Assembly: GCA_023263945.1 (NCBI GenBank) | Contig: JALQTW010000004.1 | Location: forward strand, 3,095 to 67,094 | Direction of reading: 5' to 3' | DNA: 64,000 nucleotides | From: Patescibacteria group bacterium | Lineage (GTDB): Bacteria > Patescibacteriota > Gracilibacteria > Peribacterales > Peribacteraceae | Shown: piece after piece, positions 46,647 through 57,424 of the stretch | Layout: every line of letters starts with the position of its first letter | Position numbering within the stretch: the first letter of the stretch is position 1 | Program-made: the position numbers and the translations under genes | The notes under the pieces: generated by a model | Database searches by the model: none | Seen by the model: only the letters and a program-made list of their open reading frames with translations | Told to the model about the DNA's origin: nothing

Positions 46647-49283
46647 ATGCGTTTCTCACCCATTCTCTTTTTTGTTCCAACGGTCCTCCTTGCTGGGCGC
46701 ATCGCCCTTGCAGAGGAGGTTCTGCCTCTTGATACCGAGCTTCTAGCATCATCTTCCAGCTCGTCTGAAAGCGAATCGTCCTCTGTGTCATCGGAGTTGT
46801 CATCGTCGGCGCAATCCTCTTCGTCGGAATCATCATCAGAGTCTTCATCATCAGAGCAGTCCAGCTCGATCTCGTCGGAGCCCATCTCTTTCCTGTTTAT
46901 CAGTGAGTTTCTTCCAGATCCTGTGGGATCCGATGATTTTGAATGGATGGAATTGATGAACCGAAACGGGCAAGAGGTGGATCTCTCGGGATTCAAGCTG
47001 GATACAGGCACTTCGACCTCGTTCGCGTTGCCTCCAGGAACGGTACTGGAACCTGAGCAAACACTGCTTCTTCCTCGTAGTCTCACCCATCTCTCTCTTC
47101 CAAACGGAGGAGGCGTGGTGCATCTGAAAGATTCTTCTGGCACCCTTCTCGAAGAGGTTTCATATCCGTCCATGATGGAAGGAGTGAGTTTTGGCAGGTC
47201 TCCGGAGAGTCCTCTGACGCTCCAATCGTTCTGTGTCCCGACTCCCGATGCACCGAATAGTGTCATCCCTCTAGACATCGCAATCTCTCTCCAGTCTGGG
47301 GAGACAGTAGGGGAAGGATCCATCACCATGAACCTTCAGGCGGTGGCATCGAATGGCACCCTTGGAGGAGCTTCCTGTGTGTTCGACTACGGTGACGGTT
47401 TTGTCTCCCAAAGTTGTAACCCAAATTCGCATTCCATCAGTCGCATTGGAGACAACGAAGTGACCCTTCGACTGACCGATCAATGTGGTATCACAGTGGA
47501 ACAGACACTTGCATACCACGTTACAGCAAGGCCATCTTCGTCTTCATCCAGTCACTCTTCTTCGTCGGAAAATGAGACAGAAGATGATGTTCTTCCCCTC
47601 TCCTTGGTCGCGGCGACTACAGGTCTCGCGTGTCCCTCCGAAGGCATGGGAATAGTACACATTTCGGAGGTCCTTCCGGACCCTGACGGGAGTGATGACA
47701 ACGAATGGATTGAACTCTGGAATTCCGGTGGTGACACAATCAACGTGTGTGGTTGGCAACTTGATGATGCGGAGGGTGGTTCGAAGCCGTTTGGGTTGGA
47801 TGGAATTTCGATGAGCCCCAAGCAGTATCTCGTTCTTCCTCGAAGTCGCACAGGCCTTGCCCTGAATAACACACAGGAAAGCGTGCGACTTCTGGGTCCC
47901 ATCAGTGGATCAAACGATCATCAGGTCTTGGAAACGGTGAGCTATGAGAAGAGTGAAGCCAAGAAGGCGTATGCCCGAAAGACGGATGGATCGTTTATGT
48001 GGACAGATCTCCTGAGTCCAGGAGCCGCTAATCAGTTTGCAGCAGAGCTGGCGCCACTCAAGGCAACCGTCACGAAGGTGATTGATGGGGATACCATCGA
48101 TGTTGTTCTGGATGAACCCTCCAGCTTGTTTGGAGGAAAGAAATCACTGGGTGTTCGTATGATCGGGATCGATACACCGGAAACGGTGCACCCAAAGAAA
48201 TCGGTGCAAGCGTATGGAATAGAAGCATCGAATTTCATGCGAGCCCTATTAGAAGGAAAGAAAGTCGAACTATTTTTTGATACAGATCTCTATGACTATT
48301 ACGGAAGAGTGCTTGCGTATGTACAACTTTCCGATGGCTCTCTTGCACAGGAGAAACTGTTACAAGAAGGTTTAGCCTTTGCCTATACCAAGTATCCCTT
48401 CTCCAAGAAAGAAGAGTTCCTTACCCTTGAACAGGAGGCGAAAGCGAGAAAGAAAAAGTTATGGAGTGATACGGAAGCCCAAGAGTATGCGGAGAAACAG
48501 GCAATGAAAGAGAAAAAAGAAATAACGGTTAATTCTTCGTCTGCAAGTGGTGCGGCAGCGATACATGGCATGAATTCCGATGAGATCCTTCTTTCTGAAA
48601 TCTATCCTCATCCACGGAAGAAAAGTGGCTTGAATCAGGGCTCTTTGAATCTTTTTGAAGAATGGATGGAGATTCAGAATACCTCGACCGATCGCTTTGA
48701 TCTTCAGGGTTGGTCTCTGGATGATGAACAGAATGGTGGAAGTAAACCCTATGTCTTTCCGAAGGACTCGTTCATCGAGCCTCTTGCCTTCCTGATTGTT
48801 CCGAAAAGTATCAGCAAGTTATCCCTGAATGATGATAAAGATTCTATCTTTCTCATTCGGCCAGATGGAACCAGTGCCGGAGCCCTGACCTATGAGAAAA
48901 TTGCAGAAGGTGTGTCGATGAGCATGAGTGGAGGAGCATGGTGCCTCTCTTCCGTGCCTACACCCGGAACTGTAAATACCTGTTCAGCTCGTTCAGCCCT
49001 AACAATAGCCACTCCTTCGATGATGCTGATGAATACTCCTTCAGTCGTTCCGTTCATCTCCGGAAAGGCACCGAAGAAGGCAAAAAGTACCTCGTTTCTG
49101 GCCAAAACTCAGGAGGGAGATATGGAGGGTCTTTTCGAAGCGATGTTGGAGGGGGAAGGGGAGGAAAATGGCTTAAGGGAGGGATCTCGAAATTTATTGA
49201 CAATATCTATAATAATTTTACTGCTATCATCTTGTGTTGGAATAGGGGTCTACAGTTGGAGAAAGAGGAAAATTTTGGTATAA
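46647..49283 (+). CDS. Surface nuclease: three lamin-tail domains, PKD domain, thermonuclease (SNase), C-terminal TM anchor
   Basis: ISEFLPDP..EWMEL-type motif x3; VIDGDT, VRMIGIDTPE, DYYGRVLAYV; C-terminal TM plus WRKRK. Confidence 0.9.
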   Translation: MRFSPILFFVPTVLLAGRIALAEEVLPLDTELLASSSSSSESESSSVSSELSSSAQSSSSESSSESSSSEQSSSISSEPISFLFISEFLPDPVGSDDFEWMELMNRNGQEVDLSGFKLDTGTSTSFALPPGTVLEPEQTLLLPRSLTHLSLPNGGGVVHLKDSSGTLLEEVSYPSMMEGVSFGRSPESPLTLQSFCVPTPDAPNSVIPLDIAISLQSGETVGEGSITMNLQAVASNGTLGGASCVFDYGDGFVSQSCNPNSHSISRIGDNEVTLRLTDQCGITVEQTLAYHVTARPSSSSSSHSSSSENETEDDVLPLSLVAATTGLACPSEGMGIVHISEVLPDPDGSDDNEWIELWNSGGDTINVCGWQLDDAEGGSKPFGLDGISMSPKQYLVLPRSRTGLALNNTQESVRLLGPISGSNDHQVLETVSYEKSEAKKAYARKTDGSFMWTDLLSPGAANQFAAELAPLKATVTKVIDGDTIDVVLDEPSSLFGGKKSLGVRMIGIDTPETVHPKKSVQAYGIEASNFMRALLEGKKVELFFDTDLYDYYGRVLAYVQLSDGSLAQEKLLQEGLAFAYTKYPFSKKEEFLTLEQEAKARKKKLWSDTEAQEYAEKQAMKEKKEITVNSSSASGAAAIHGMNSDEILLSEIYPHPRKKSGLNQGSLNLFEEWMEIQNTSTDRFDLQGWSLDDEQNGGSKPYVFPKDSFIEPLAFLIVPKSISKLSLNDDKDSIFLIRPDGTSAGALTYEKIAEGVSMSMSGGAWCLSSVPTPGTVNTCSARSALTIATPSMMLMNTPSVVPFISGKAPKKAKSTSFLAKTQEGDMEGLFEAMLEGEGEENGLREGSRNLLTISIIILLLSSCVGIGVYSWRKRKILV

Positions 49284-49311
49284 TAGAAGGATTTCTTAAC
49301 ACCCACACACA

Positions 49312-50139
49312 TTGGAAATTTCTCCTGAAGAATACGGCGAACTTATCCGCGATCGACTAAAGACGAGAGTGCCTGAAAATCAGAGAGTACAGTTGGAATC
49401 TATTTCTGCTAAGGAACTCGCAAAAATGCGACATGTACTAAACATTCATGCTCCCTTTCGCAGTCCTGATGAAACCAGAAAGGAACTCGAAGCCTCCGCA
49501 AAGACAGCTGAAGAAAAAGCTGCTGTTCTTGCACTTACAGCGGATCAAATAAACGCACTTTCTTCTGCGGGCGCGTATTCTTTTGAATCTGCAAAGAGAC
49601 CTGAGAAGAAGCATTATTCCCGAGAAACAAGCGCATTGCTTACGGGAACAGGGTGGACTGCTGGGACTGTTGGGTTGGGAGTTCTGGTAGGGGCAGGTGC
49701 TGTTTCTTCGTCGGTTGTGGGAGGAATGGTGGCAGGTTCGCTTGCATCACTGTATGGCCTTGGTCGTCTAGAAGAGAAGATCTGGAAAGAAAAGCCTGCT
49801 GGTTTCTGGAGAACCGTGGGACGTGGGGTAACTTCGCCCTTCTGGATTCCCGCTGGTCTTCTAAAGTATGGATGGAAATCTACCAAACAAGCAGGTAAGA
49901 AAAATTACAATGCGGCAAAATCTATTGCGACAGGCAAAAACACAGTAGGTCATCTTACAGATCCAGTGAGATGGGGGTGGCATGTTTTTTCTGGAACCGT
50001 AAAGGGTTTTCAACCTTCGAAGTGGAAAGAATTGAAGGACGTGGAAAAGGTTACGGCTCTTCCAGGACAAGCCATAACGAAAACTCTCAAATTTATTTTT
50101 GATTCTGGAGTTTCCTCTTCTAATAAGCATGAGCACTGA
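49312..50139 (+). CDS. Hypothetical membrane protein (Gly-rich TM hairpin)
   Basis: 275-aa ORF with a central hydrophobic Gly-rich segment. Confidence 0.65.
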   Translation: MEISPEEYGELIRDRLKTRVPENQRVQLESISAKELAKMRHVLNIHAPFRSPDETRKELEASAKTAEEKAAVLALTADQINALSSAGAYSFESAKRPEKKHYSRETSALLTGTGWTAGTVGLGVLVGAGAVSSSVVGGMVAGSLASLYGLGRLEEKIWKEKPAGFWRTVGRGVTSPFWIPAGLLKYGWKSTKQAGKKNYNAAKSIATGKNTVGHLTDPVRWGWHVFSGTVKGFQPSKWKELKDVEKVTALPGQAITKTLKFIFDSGVSSSNKHEH

Positions 50140-52174
50140 TCTCTCTTCCACTCCTTCGGCTTTTCCTTCTCCAGAGCCTCTCCGCCCAGGAGAACTGCCA
50201 GATGTTCCGATTCAGCCTAAAACTCCAGAAGCTCCAAAACCTCTCCCTGAAATGAAGGAAGATCTTGCGGTAGAAATGTTAGATTACACCCGTCTGGGAA
50301 TTGAATTACGAAATGCTATTGAAGCAGGAAAGATGACTCCTGCGGATATACATCAATGGACTTCTCACCCGTGGCGTGCTTATGAGTTTTTGGTTGGAAA
50401 AATGGAAAAGAACATTGTTCATACACCTTTTTTGGATGGGCTCCGCGAATGGAATTTTGTAGGTGCGACAGTAGAGAAAGACGAACAATCTCAGAAAATG
50501 GCACATGAAGCCTGGGCAAAGGATCATCCTGAAGTGGCGGAAAAATTAACATATTTTGTTCGTATTATGTGTGAAAAACTGTTGGGACGTATAGGTACGT
50601 ATGAAAAGGTACAAGACCAATTACATGAACAAAAGGAAATAGCGGCAACAGACAAGATTTATCAAAAAGCAAAGGAATTTGCTATCAAAAATCCTCCTGT
50701 TGCTCTCATAGGAGGTTTAGCTCTCTTCTGGTTAGGATCAAAAGCTATCAAAGGATTATGGTCCAATGAAAGTAAGCTAATTCGATATCCTGGGCGCCTT
50801 CTTATCCTGGCTGCTGGTGCTCTTGGAATTGATACGGTTCTTCGTCAGGAAACAGGGAAAAGTGGAGTAGATTGGGCTGCGGGTTTTACAGAAAATTTAG
50901 GATTCACAAACACTGCTGCTTCACTCAAGAATTTTTCAAAAACGATGGAACGAGGTTTGTTATTGGGATCTGGACGTGAATATAGTGTTTTGAACTTCTT
51001 CCACGAAAAATTCCAATTAAATGGAGATGATGAATACGCATTTTTCAATTCACTCTGCAAAGAAAATCCTCGTGAGTTTCTTTCATGGTATAACCAGGCT
51101 CGTACGTGGAAGCTCACTCGTAATGGAGATATGCCGAGCCTTCCTCCACATTTGAATGAGACATTTAGAAAGCTAGTCCGATTAGGTATCGTTCCAGACT
51201 CGATTGCACGTATGAATAAAGAGCAGCAAATGGATGCACTCCTTCGTGTGGCGGAAAAGACCTTAGGCTCATTCAAGAATGATCCCGATGCGGAAGGAAT
51301 GGATCCTGTAGCCTACCTTGAAGAGCGATACGTTACAGGAGATTATTTCACACGCGTCTATGACGAATGGGCAAAGGAATGGACGGCAAAGCATGGTGCA
51401 GCCGGTGCTTACGTTCTGGTTTCTGCAAAAGAATACGCGGAAACAATGAAGAAAAACGTTGCGAAAAATCCTCTTACGATGTTGGATATTTTCCTTATTC
51501 ATTTGCATCCCCAAGATTTCGATAAATTGTCGAATTATGGTCCTGGAGGGAAGACACTTAAAGAAATATATGCAAAGTTGACAGAACTTACGTCAAAAGG
51601 CCGTAATCTTGCATATGAAGGATTCGGACGTGCTGTTAATTTTGCAACGATTGATATTCCGCATACGGCGAAGAAGATTTATAAATATTTGAAAACAAAA
51701 AATGTTGAAGAATTGAATCGTCTTGGAATCACACAGGAGAGTATAGAAACGTGGACCAATAACTTTATCAGGGATGTTCAGGAACAAACGGAAGCGATAA
51801 AAAGTGGTGCACAGGAAAAATATAGATTTACCAAGGATTCAGAAATGTGGAAATTCCTGGAAGAAAATTTGGGAATTTATGGAGAGAAAGTAGGGGATAT
51901 TATTTTTCTGACGGATGATGCAATCATGATGGTTTGGGATAAAGTCATTATTCCTGCGCGCGATGGAGCAGCAAGAGGAGCACGATGGGTTGTAGATCAG
52001 ATTGGAGGAGAGGATGAGAAGACGCCTCAAAATACAGAAGGGGATGTACCATCTCCCGTTCCAGACGTTGAAATTGAAGTGCCACCACCAACTGAAGATA
52101 AACCTAAAGAGGCGCCACCTCCTGCTGATGATGCTTCTCCATTTCCCGGAGATCCTAGTAGACCTTTGCCGTAG
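50129..52174 (+). CDS. Hypothetical protein with Pro-rich termini and two hydrophobic segments
   Basis: Long ORF overlapping the previous stop. Confidence 0.7.
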   Translation: MSTDLSSTPSAFPSPEPLRPGELPDVPIQPKTPEAPKPLPEMKEDLAVEMLDYTRLGIELRNAIEAGKMTPADIHQWTSHPWRAYEFLVGKMEKNIVHTPFLDGLREWNFVGATVEKDEQSQKMAHEAWAKDHPEVAEKLTYFVRIMCEKLLGRIGTYEKVQDQLHEQKEIAATDKIYQKAKEFAIKNPPVALIGGLALFWLGSKAIKGLWSNESKLIRYPGRLLILAAGALGIDTVLRQETGKSGVDWAAGFTENLGFTNTAASLKNFSKTMERGLLLGSGREYSVLNFFHEKFQLNGDDEYAFFNSLCKENPREFLSWYNQARTWKLTRNGDMPSLPPHLNETFRKLVRLGIVPDSIARMNKEQQMDALLRVAEKTLGSFKNDPDAEGMDPVAYLEERYVTGDYFTRVYDEWAKEWTAKHGAAGAYVLVSAKEYAETMKKNVAKNPLTMLDIFLIHLHPQDFDKLSNYGPGGKTLKEIYAKLTELTSKGRNLAYEGFGRAVNFATIDIPHTAKKIYKYLKTKNVEELNRLGITQESIETWTNNFIRDVQEQTEAIKSGAQEKYRFTKDSEMWKFLEENLGIYGEKVGDIIFLTDDAIMMVWDKVIIPARDGAARGARWVVDQIGGEDEKTPQNTEGDVPSPVPDVEIEVPPPTEDKPKEAPPPADDASPFPGDPSRPLP

Positions 52175-52182
52175 ATCTCAAA

Positions 52183-53283
52183 TTAAGATCCAACATTTAC
52201 AATTTGAGTTTTCAGAATTGTCGCATCACTTCCCCCAAATGGTATTTGGACGGTAATTTTAACTTCACCGAGAATGTCATCTGGGATCATAAATGAGTTT
52301 TCTCCATCCAAAGAATGTACTTTTCCATATCGTTCATAGGGTTTTTGCTGTCCCCAAAAGAGAGATGCATTTTTATCCAACGTGTATTCTTCTGGTAAGA
52401 AGACCTTTACCTTTCTGCCTCTATTTTCAATTGTGCATTCTTTCTGAAGTTCCTCGAAATCTTTTTCTCTGACGAAAAAGTTGTAAGTACCCTTTATTGC
52501 TGCGAGACCTGATATTCCAAAGACTGCTCCTGTTGCAGCCCCAATGACAAACATGCGACGTGCATTTAATTTTCTCATCTGAACATCTTCCAGGATTCCT
52601 TCCAGTTTTTTACGGTCTTCGGATCGTGTTTTGGTTTTCATTCCCGTATTTATTTCCGGAAAGTGTTTTGTAGAAGCCCATCCAACAATATAGCTGTAGG
52701 CTCGGCGAAAGTGACTTGTTAAGAAAGCCATTTTTTCATCTCGCAATTCTTCCCCCGGCCATCTTTCGTATTGCAAAAGAGTTAAGAGGAGATTTTCTAT
52801 AACGGCCACTCCATCTGGATCTTTTGAATCAAAAGGAATTGGTTGGAGAGCAAGGATAAATTCATTTATTGCTTTTTCTACCATTCCTTTTAATTGAGCA
52901 TCTCCTTCTTCATCTATATTTTTTGCATTCTCAAGAAGAATTACAAGTTCTTCAAATTTTTTTATCATTTCACCCCAATTTTTAATGTTTTCTGCTTTTT
53001 CGTAGGCCCTTTTTGAAAAGGGTCTTTTTTCTTTAGGTAAAAGACCACTTACTCTTGCACGTCTCGATACATCTTGTTCTGTCTCCGTCAAAGTTTTTGG
53101 GATTTCTGCCGGAGATGACAAATTTTCTTGTGCAACGTGCACGACGATATTTTTCTCCTGAGGAGTTAATGGAATCGATTCTTCTTGTGGGATTGACATT
53201 TGAGGGGGGAGAACTTTTTCTTCTTCTTTGGATTTGGGCGCAAAGAATCCGGTTTCCAATTCCATATGATCCTCATTATTCAT
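52183..53283 (-). CDS. Hypothetical single-TM protein
   Basis: Long ORF; consensus promoter directly upstream. Confidence 0.7.
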   Translation of the reverse strand: MNNEDHMELETGFFAPKSKEEEKVLPPQMSIPQEESIPLTPQEKNIVVHVAQENLSSPAEIPKTLTETEQDVSRRARVSGLLPKEKRPFSKRAYEKAENIKNWGEMIKKFEELVILLENAKNIDEEGDAQLKGMVEKAINEFILALQPIPFDSKDPDGVAVIENLLLTLLQYERWPGEELRDEKMAFLTSHFRRAYSYIVGWASTKHFPEINTGMKTKTRSEDRKKLEGILEDVQMRKLNARRMFVIGAATGAVFGISGLAAIKGTYNFFVREKDFEELQKECTIENRGRKVKVFLPEEYTLDKNASLFWGQQKPYERYGKVHSLDGENSFMIPDDILGEVKITVQIPFGGSDATILKTQIVNVGS

Positions 53284-53289
53284 ATTTAT

Positions 53290-53318
53290 ATTATAACTAA
53301 ATAATATATTTATGTCAA
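53290..53318 (-). promoter_or_regulatory. Perfect sigma70 promoter ending 6 nt before ATG
   Basis: Minus strand TTGACA, 17 nt, TATAAT. Confidence 0.75.
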
Positions 53319-53323
53319 ATATC

Positions 53324-53348
53324 AAAAATGGGGCCGCGAAGCGGCCCC
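53324..53348 (-). terminator. Intrinsic terminator
   Basis: GGGGCCGC-ttc-GCGGCCCC-ATTTTT just after the stop of 53353-53940. Confidence 0.75.
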
Positions 53349-53352
53349 TCTG

Positions 53353-53940
53353 CTAGTTTATTGTGATCGTTCTTGCTTTGGAGGATTTGTTACGCGAGAG
53401 ATCCACGTAGAAAACCTTCACTTCCTTGACGGTTGGCTCTAACAGGTGCTTTTGCCCTTGTACGAGAAGAGGTCGTTTCCCCTCAACTTGTATTCCCCAT
53501 GAGAATCCATTAGGTGCAGGCGGGAATGAAAGTAATCCATTTCGCCATTGAATTCCATCTGTATAGGGAATGTCATCTTCTACATGAAGTGCAACTACTG
53601 TTGAAGGAGGAGCTATGAATCCGGAAACATTTTCAAACATTTTCTCCGATGCAACTTTCTTTAGTGTCCAGGCTTGTGCGTCATCAAACATATTGCGGCT
53701 GGTTTTTGTATTGGCAACAAGATAGACTCCCAATATTAACAGAGCCATGATTGAGCCAAATACAATGTCTGGTATTTTTCTTTTTCCTGAATTTACTGCT
53801 GCGAAATAGGAATGCAGAATCGCACTTAAAATAAATGCGAAACCTAAAATTCCAATACACCATCCGACGAGACCGTTGATGTAGGTTAATAGAAAGGACA
53901 AGAAAACCAGAGCCACGATGGTCAGGAAGAGAGCGGTCAT
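53353..53940 (-). CDS. Hypothetical membrane protein (three N-terminal TMs)
   Basis: AGGAG-like GGAG upstream, hydrophobic N-terminal half, terminator downstream. Confidence 0.7.
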   Translation of the reverse strand: MTALFLTIVALVFLSFLLTYINGLVGWCIGILGFAFILSAILHSYFAAVNSGKRKIPDIVFGSIMALLILGVYLVANTKTSRNMFDDAQAWTLKKVASEKMFENVSGFIAPPSTVVALHVEDDIPYTDGIQWRNGLLSFPPAPNGFSWGIQVEGKRPLLVQGQKHLLEPTVKEVKVFYVDLSRNKSSKARTITIN

Positions 53941-54096
53941 GCTACATACTCCAAAAGTGTTTTTGAGCGTTGTTTTGATAGATCAACAAAACTAGCTTTA
54001 TTATTTTATCATAAAAGCAATTTTACGCAATAAGTCCCTTTTTGGGCTCTTTCAAGCCATATTGTTCAATTTTCCTTTTTGTGCTATAATATAGAG

Positions 54097-54432
54097 ATGC
54101 CATCGAACACAAACACACCACTCAAAGAGCTCATGAAAACTCTCTACGAAGCGCTTATGCGTGAAGTAGAACCAGAATTAACATCCGATTTTAAGGATGA
54201 CTTGGACGTTGTGTATGCCGATGAAACACCCGAGGAGCATCGTGAACGTGTGCAAGGATATGTGGAGGCTGTGCAGGAAGTGAATCGTCGGTTTGGCATT
54301 CTTATCGATACCTGGAAAAGCCAACTACTTGCATTCAAGAAAGCAGCTCTCGAAAAAGCAAACGCCCGTCAAGAGCGTGATGATGAAGACGCAACAACAT
54401 CTCTCATTCAGCAATTCGATGTACAACCATGA
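54097..54432 (+). CDS. Hypothetical helical protein
   Basis: TGCTATAAT 6 nt before ATG; ATGA overlap with the next ORF. Confidence 0.7.
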   Translation: MPSNTNTPLKELMKTLYEALMREVEPELTSDFKDDLDVVYADETPEEHRERVQGYVEAVQEVNRRFGILIDTWKSQLLAFKKAALEKANARQERDDEDATTSLIQQFDVQP

Positions 54433-56273
54433 AACATGAACCACGTTGTCACCGGCTCTGTGAAGACGGCTCCTTGCGAGAGCATCGTCTCTTGGGTGGA
54501 AATGGAATGCCACCTGTTCCTGACTATACTCTTCCCGAAGGACGCCAAGAGAAACCTCTTGAAATAAACCGAGGTGATGTGGTGAAGATGATTGATGCAT
54601 TCATGGTGGACGGCGAGATGCACGTACAAGAAGTGCAGGCACTCGTAGACAAAATTGAAGAGACTCTTGCCCTAATCTATCCCAGCTTCACGATTGATGC
54701 CGATTCCAGGAATGACGTTGCACTTCTTCAAATTGCGCGTGATTTGCGTTTCATTGATCCCTCTACGTACAATACGCTGGTTGATAAAATGCAGTTTGCA
54801 AAAAATAGTAAGACAATAGAAAAGCCAAAATCTCTGACGCTTGATGAACGTTTCCTGCTTCTTTCGCCAGAAGAGATGCATGCACAAATCCAGGCTGCAA
54901 AACAGAGTGCAGAACGCTTCCGCCGCGATGCACGAAGAAATCGTAGTCGTTCCGGTACCACGGCCTATTCCCAATATTGGCATCTACGAAATCTCTTTGA
55001 TCAAGCCCATGGGAAGGATTACTCCATGTACCTCCGTGAACGCAAAGGCACTGTTCCAGATTTCTCCTCTGTTCGTGATGTGCAATCTGTCCCGGGTACA
55101 AATCTTCTCAAGGGACGATTGCCGGATGGCAGATCTATTACATTTAATCCTCGAACGGGTAGTTACGCGTCTAATGCTCCTCAGGAAATATCATCCGAAA
55201 GTCGTGACCTTGCATCATCGTCTCGCGTCTCCACCGATGAGCTCCGTGATGCCAAGCGCATTCTGGACCGCGGTCCCATGGCCGGTGGCCGTTACGCCCT
55301 TCCTACAGAGCGCTATGCATCCGATGGCCGCGTGAACTTCTTTACGGAGGGAGATCGCCGTGATGTTCAGGATTTCCTCAACGCACGCAGTGCCAGAAGG
55401 CTTGCGCGCCTTGAACAGATGGAAGGCTTTGCGGCACAACGTGCAGATATTATGGATATTCTTACAAATCCGGATCGCTTTGAAGCGGAGGTTCAGAAAA
55501 TCAAAGATGCACCCATCGATTTCTCCGATCCTCGCATTCTCCGTCAGGCACGAAAAAATAATGTGGTTCATTCCCTTCTTTCTCGGGACCATTCCATGAT
55601 TCATGACGTGGCAACGGAACCTCCCACCCGAGCGGAAATAGAATCACTTCGACGTGATGGAATCTTTCGGGATAGTTGGGAGAAGGTACGCCGCAAAAAT
55701 GACAACATGATGAACTTTGATCAGTTCATTACGTTCCGTCAGACAGGATGGGAAGATCGTGATACAGAAAAATTCATTCCCACCATGGCAAAAGATGGAT
55801 ACATTCCAGGATATGCTTACATCTTCCACAAGCCCACGCGTCAGGAAATGGTGCTGAATTCCAAGGGAGAAATTGTTGCTCACAGATGGCAGAAGCGTTT
55901 GGAAGGAGGAAAGTTCCTTCTTGTTGATACGCGGTTCGATCGTCCCAAAAATCCAGCCCTCAAATCACTTCGTATCGATTTCAAGAAGACATGGGGAAAG
56001 GAGGGGGTTCCAGGAAAACTTGCACTGCGCGACAGTGATGGAACAACCCTTCCTAAAAACTTCTCGATCGATCTCTCCACCTTCCCACGCGATGGTCGTG
56101 GCATGATGATTGGCAACATTGCATGGGTTGAACGAGATGGAAACAATGCCTTCAAGGTCCTTCTTATGAAGGAAGGAAACTACGATCTCTATGCACAGGA
56201 TGGTGCGTCCAAGACGCATAAACATGCGGATATTGCGGTTTCTAAAGGGCCTGAAAAAAGACAGGTCGCATAA
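54429..56273 (+). CDS. Hypothetical 614-aa protein
   Basis: Long ORF, no recognised motif. Confidence 0.7.
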   Translation: MKHEPRCHRLCEDGSLREHRLLGGNGMPPVPDYTLPEGRQEKPLEINRGDVVKMIDAFMVDGEMHVQEVQALVDKIEETLALIYPSFTIDADSRNDVALLQIARDLRFIDPSTYNTLVDKMQFAKNSKTIEKPKSLTLDERFLLLSPEEMHAQIQAAKQSAERFRRDARRNRSRSGTTAYSQYWHLRNLFDQAHGKDYSMYLRERKGTVPDFSSVRDVQSVPGTNLLKGRLPDGRSITFNPRTGSYASNAPQEISSESRDLASSSRVSTDELRDAKRILDRGPMAGGRYALPTERYASDGRVNFFTEGDRRDVQDFLNARSARRLARLEQMEGFAAQRADIMDILTNPDRFEAEVQKIKDAPIDFSDPRILRQARKNNVVHSLLSRDHSMIHDVATEPPTRAEIESLRRDGIFRDSWEKVRRKNDNMMNFDQFITFRQTGWEDRDTEKFIPTMAKDGYIPGYAYIFHKPTRQEMVLNSKGEIVAHRWQKRLEGGKFLLVDTRFDRPKNPALKSLRIDFKKTWGKEGVPGKLALRDSDGTTLPKNFSIDLSTFPRDGRGMMIGNIAWVERDGNNAFKVLLMKEGNYDLYAQDGASKTHKHADIAVSKGPEKRQVA

Positions 56274-56314
56274 GAGGTGACAGAGAGGAAAGACCCCGCT
56301 ACCATGCCGCGGAC

Positions 56315-57403
56315 ATGGCGCAGCTCATCCTCCAGGACGGCACCGTCTTCACAGGGGATCCTTTTGGCGCAGGAGTGGATACAGATGGAGAAGTCGTCTT
56401 CAACACGGGGATGGTGGGGTATCCGGAATCGATGACGGACCCCAGTTACGAGGGCCAGATCCTCGTCTTTACCTATCCGCTCATCGGCAATTACGGTGTT
56501 CCTTCGGAGGAAAAAAACCGATGGGGCTTTGCAGAGAATTTTGAAAGTGAAAAGATTCACGTACGCGGGATCATCGTTGCGCAGGAAAGTCGTGAGTATA
56601 GTCATCATAAGGCGGTCAGTTCACTCCATAACTGGATGGAACATCATAAGATTCCGGGCATTACGGGTATTGACACGCGAGCGCTCACAAAAAAATTACG
56701 GGAGCATGGGGTGATGTTGGGGAGAATCGAACAGAAGTCAGAAGGCAGAAGTCAGAAGGCAGTGTCAATCGAGGATCCAAATATGCGCAACCTCGTTGCG
56801 GAAGTTTCCTGTAAAAACATCATCACCTATGAACCAGATGCTGATGTCTCCATCAAAAAGTCGATCATCGCATTCGATTGCGGCATGAAGAACAACATTC
56901 TTCGATCGTTCTTAAAAAGGGGAGTCACCGTGCATCGTGTCCCGTGGAACTATGACCTTGTAACAAGCCCTCTGAAGTTCGATGCCGTGTTCATCAGTAA
57001 TGGCCCGGGAGATCCTAAAATGTGCACGGAGACCATCAAGCAGATTCAATTTGCACTCGCGAAAAATATTCCCACGTTTGGCATCTGCCTTGGGAATCAA
57101 CTCCTCGCACTTGCCATTGGTGGCGATACATACAAACTTCCCTACGGTCACCGCAGTGCGAATCAACCCTGTTTAGAAGTGGGGACGAAGCGTTGCATCA
57201 TCACGTCACAGAACCACGGTTTTGCCGTGAAAGATCAGCTTCCTACGGGATGGAAGGTGTGGTTTACGAATGCGAATGATGGGTCGGTGGAAGGAATTCG
57301 TCATGAATCGGGAAAATTTTTCTCTGTTCAGTTTCATCCGGAAGCAACACCCGGGCCCGAGGATGCCAATTATTTGTTTGATGAGTTTTTGAAGATCATT
57401 TGA
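56315..57403 (+). CDS. carA: Carbamoyl-phosphate synthase small subunit
   Basis: GEVVFNTGMVGY, TDPSYEGQI, SNGPGDP, GICLG, SQNHGF, QFHPE. Confidence 0.97.
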   Translation: MAQLILQDGTVFTGDPFGAGVDTDGEVVFNTGMVGYPESMTDPSYEGQILVFTYPLIGNYGVPSEEKNRWGFAENFESEKIHVRGIIVAQESREYSHHKAVSSLHNWMEHHKIPGITGIDTRALTKKLREHGVMLGRIEQKSEGRSQKAVSIEDPNMRNLVAEVSCKNIITYEPDADVSIKKSIIAFDCGMKNNILRSFLKRGVTVHRVPWNYDLVTSPLKFDAVFISNGPGDPKMCTETIKQIQFALAKNIPTFGICLGNQLLALAIGGDTYKLPYGHRSANQPCLEVGTKRCIITSQNHGFAVKDQLPTGWKVWFTNANDGSVEGIRHESGKFFSVQFHPEATPGPEDANYLFDEFLKII

Positions 57404-57424
57404 TCTACAAATATTTATAACAAG

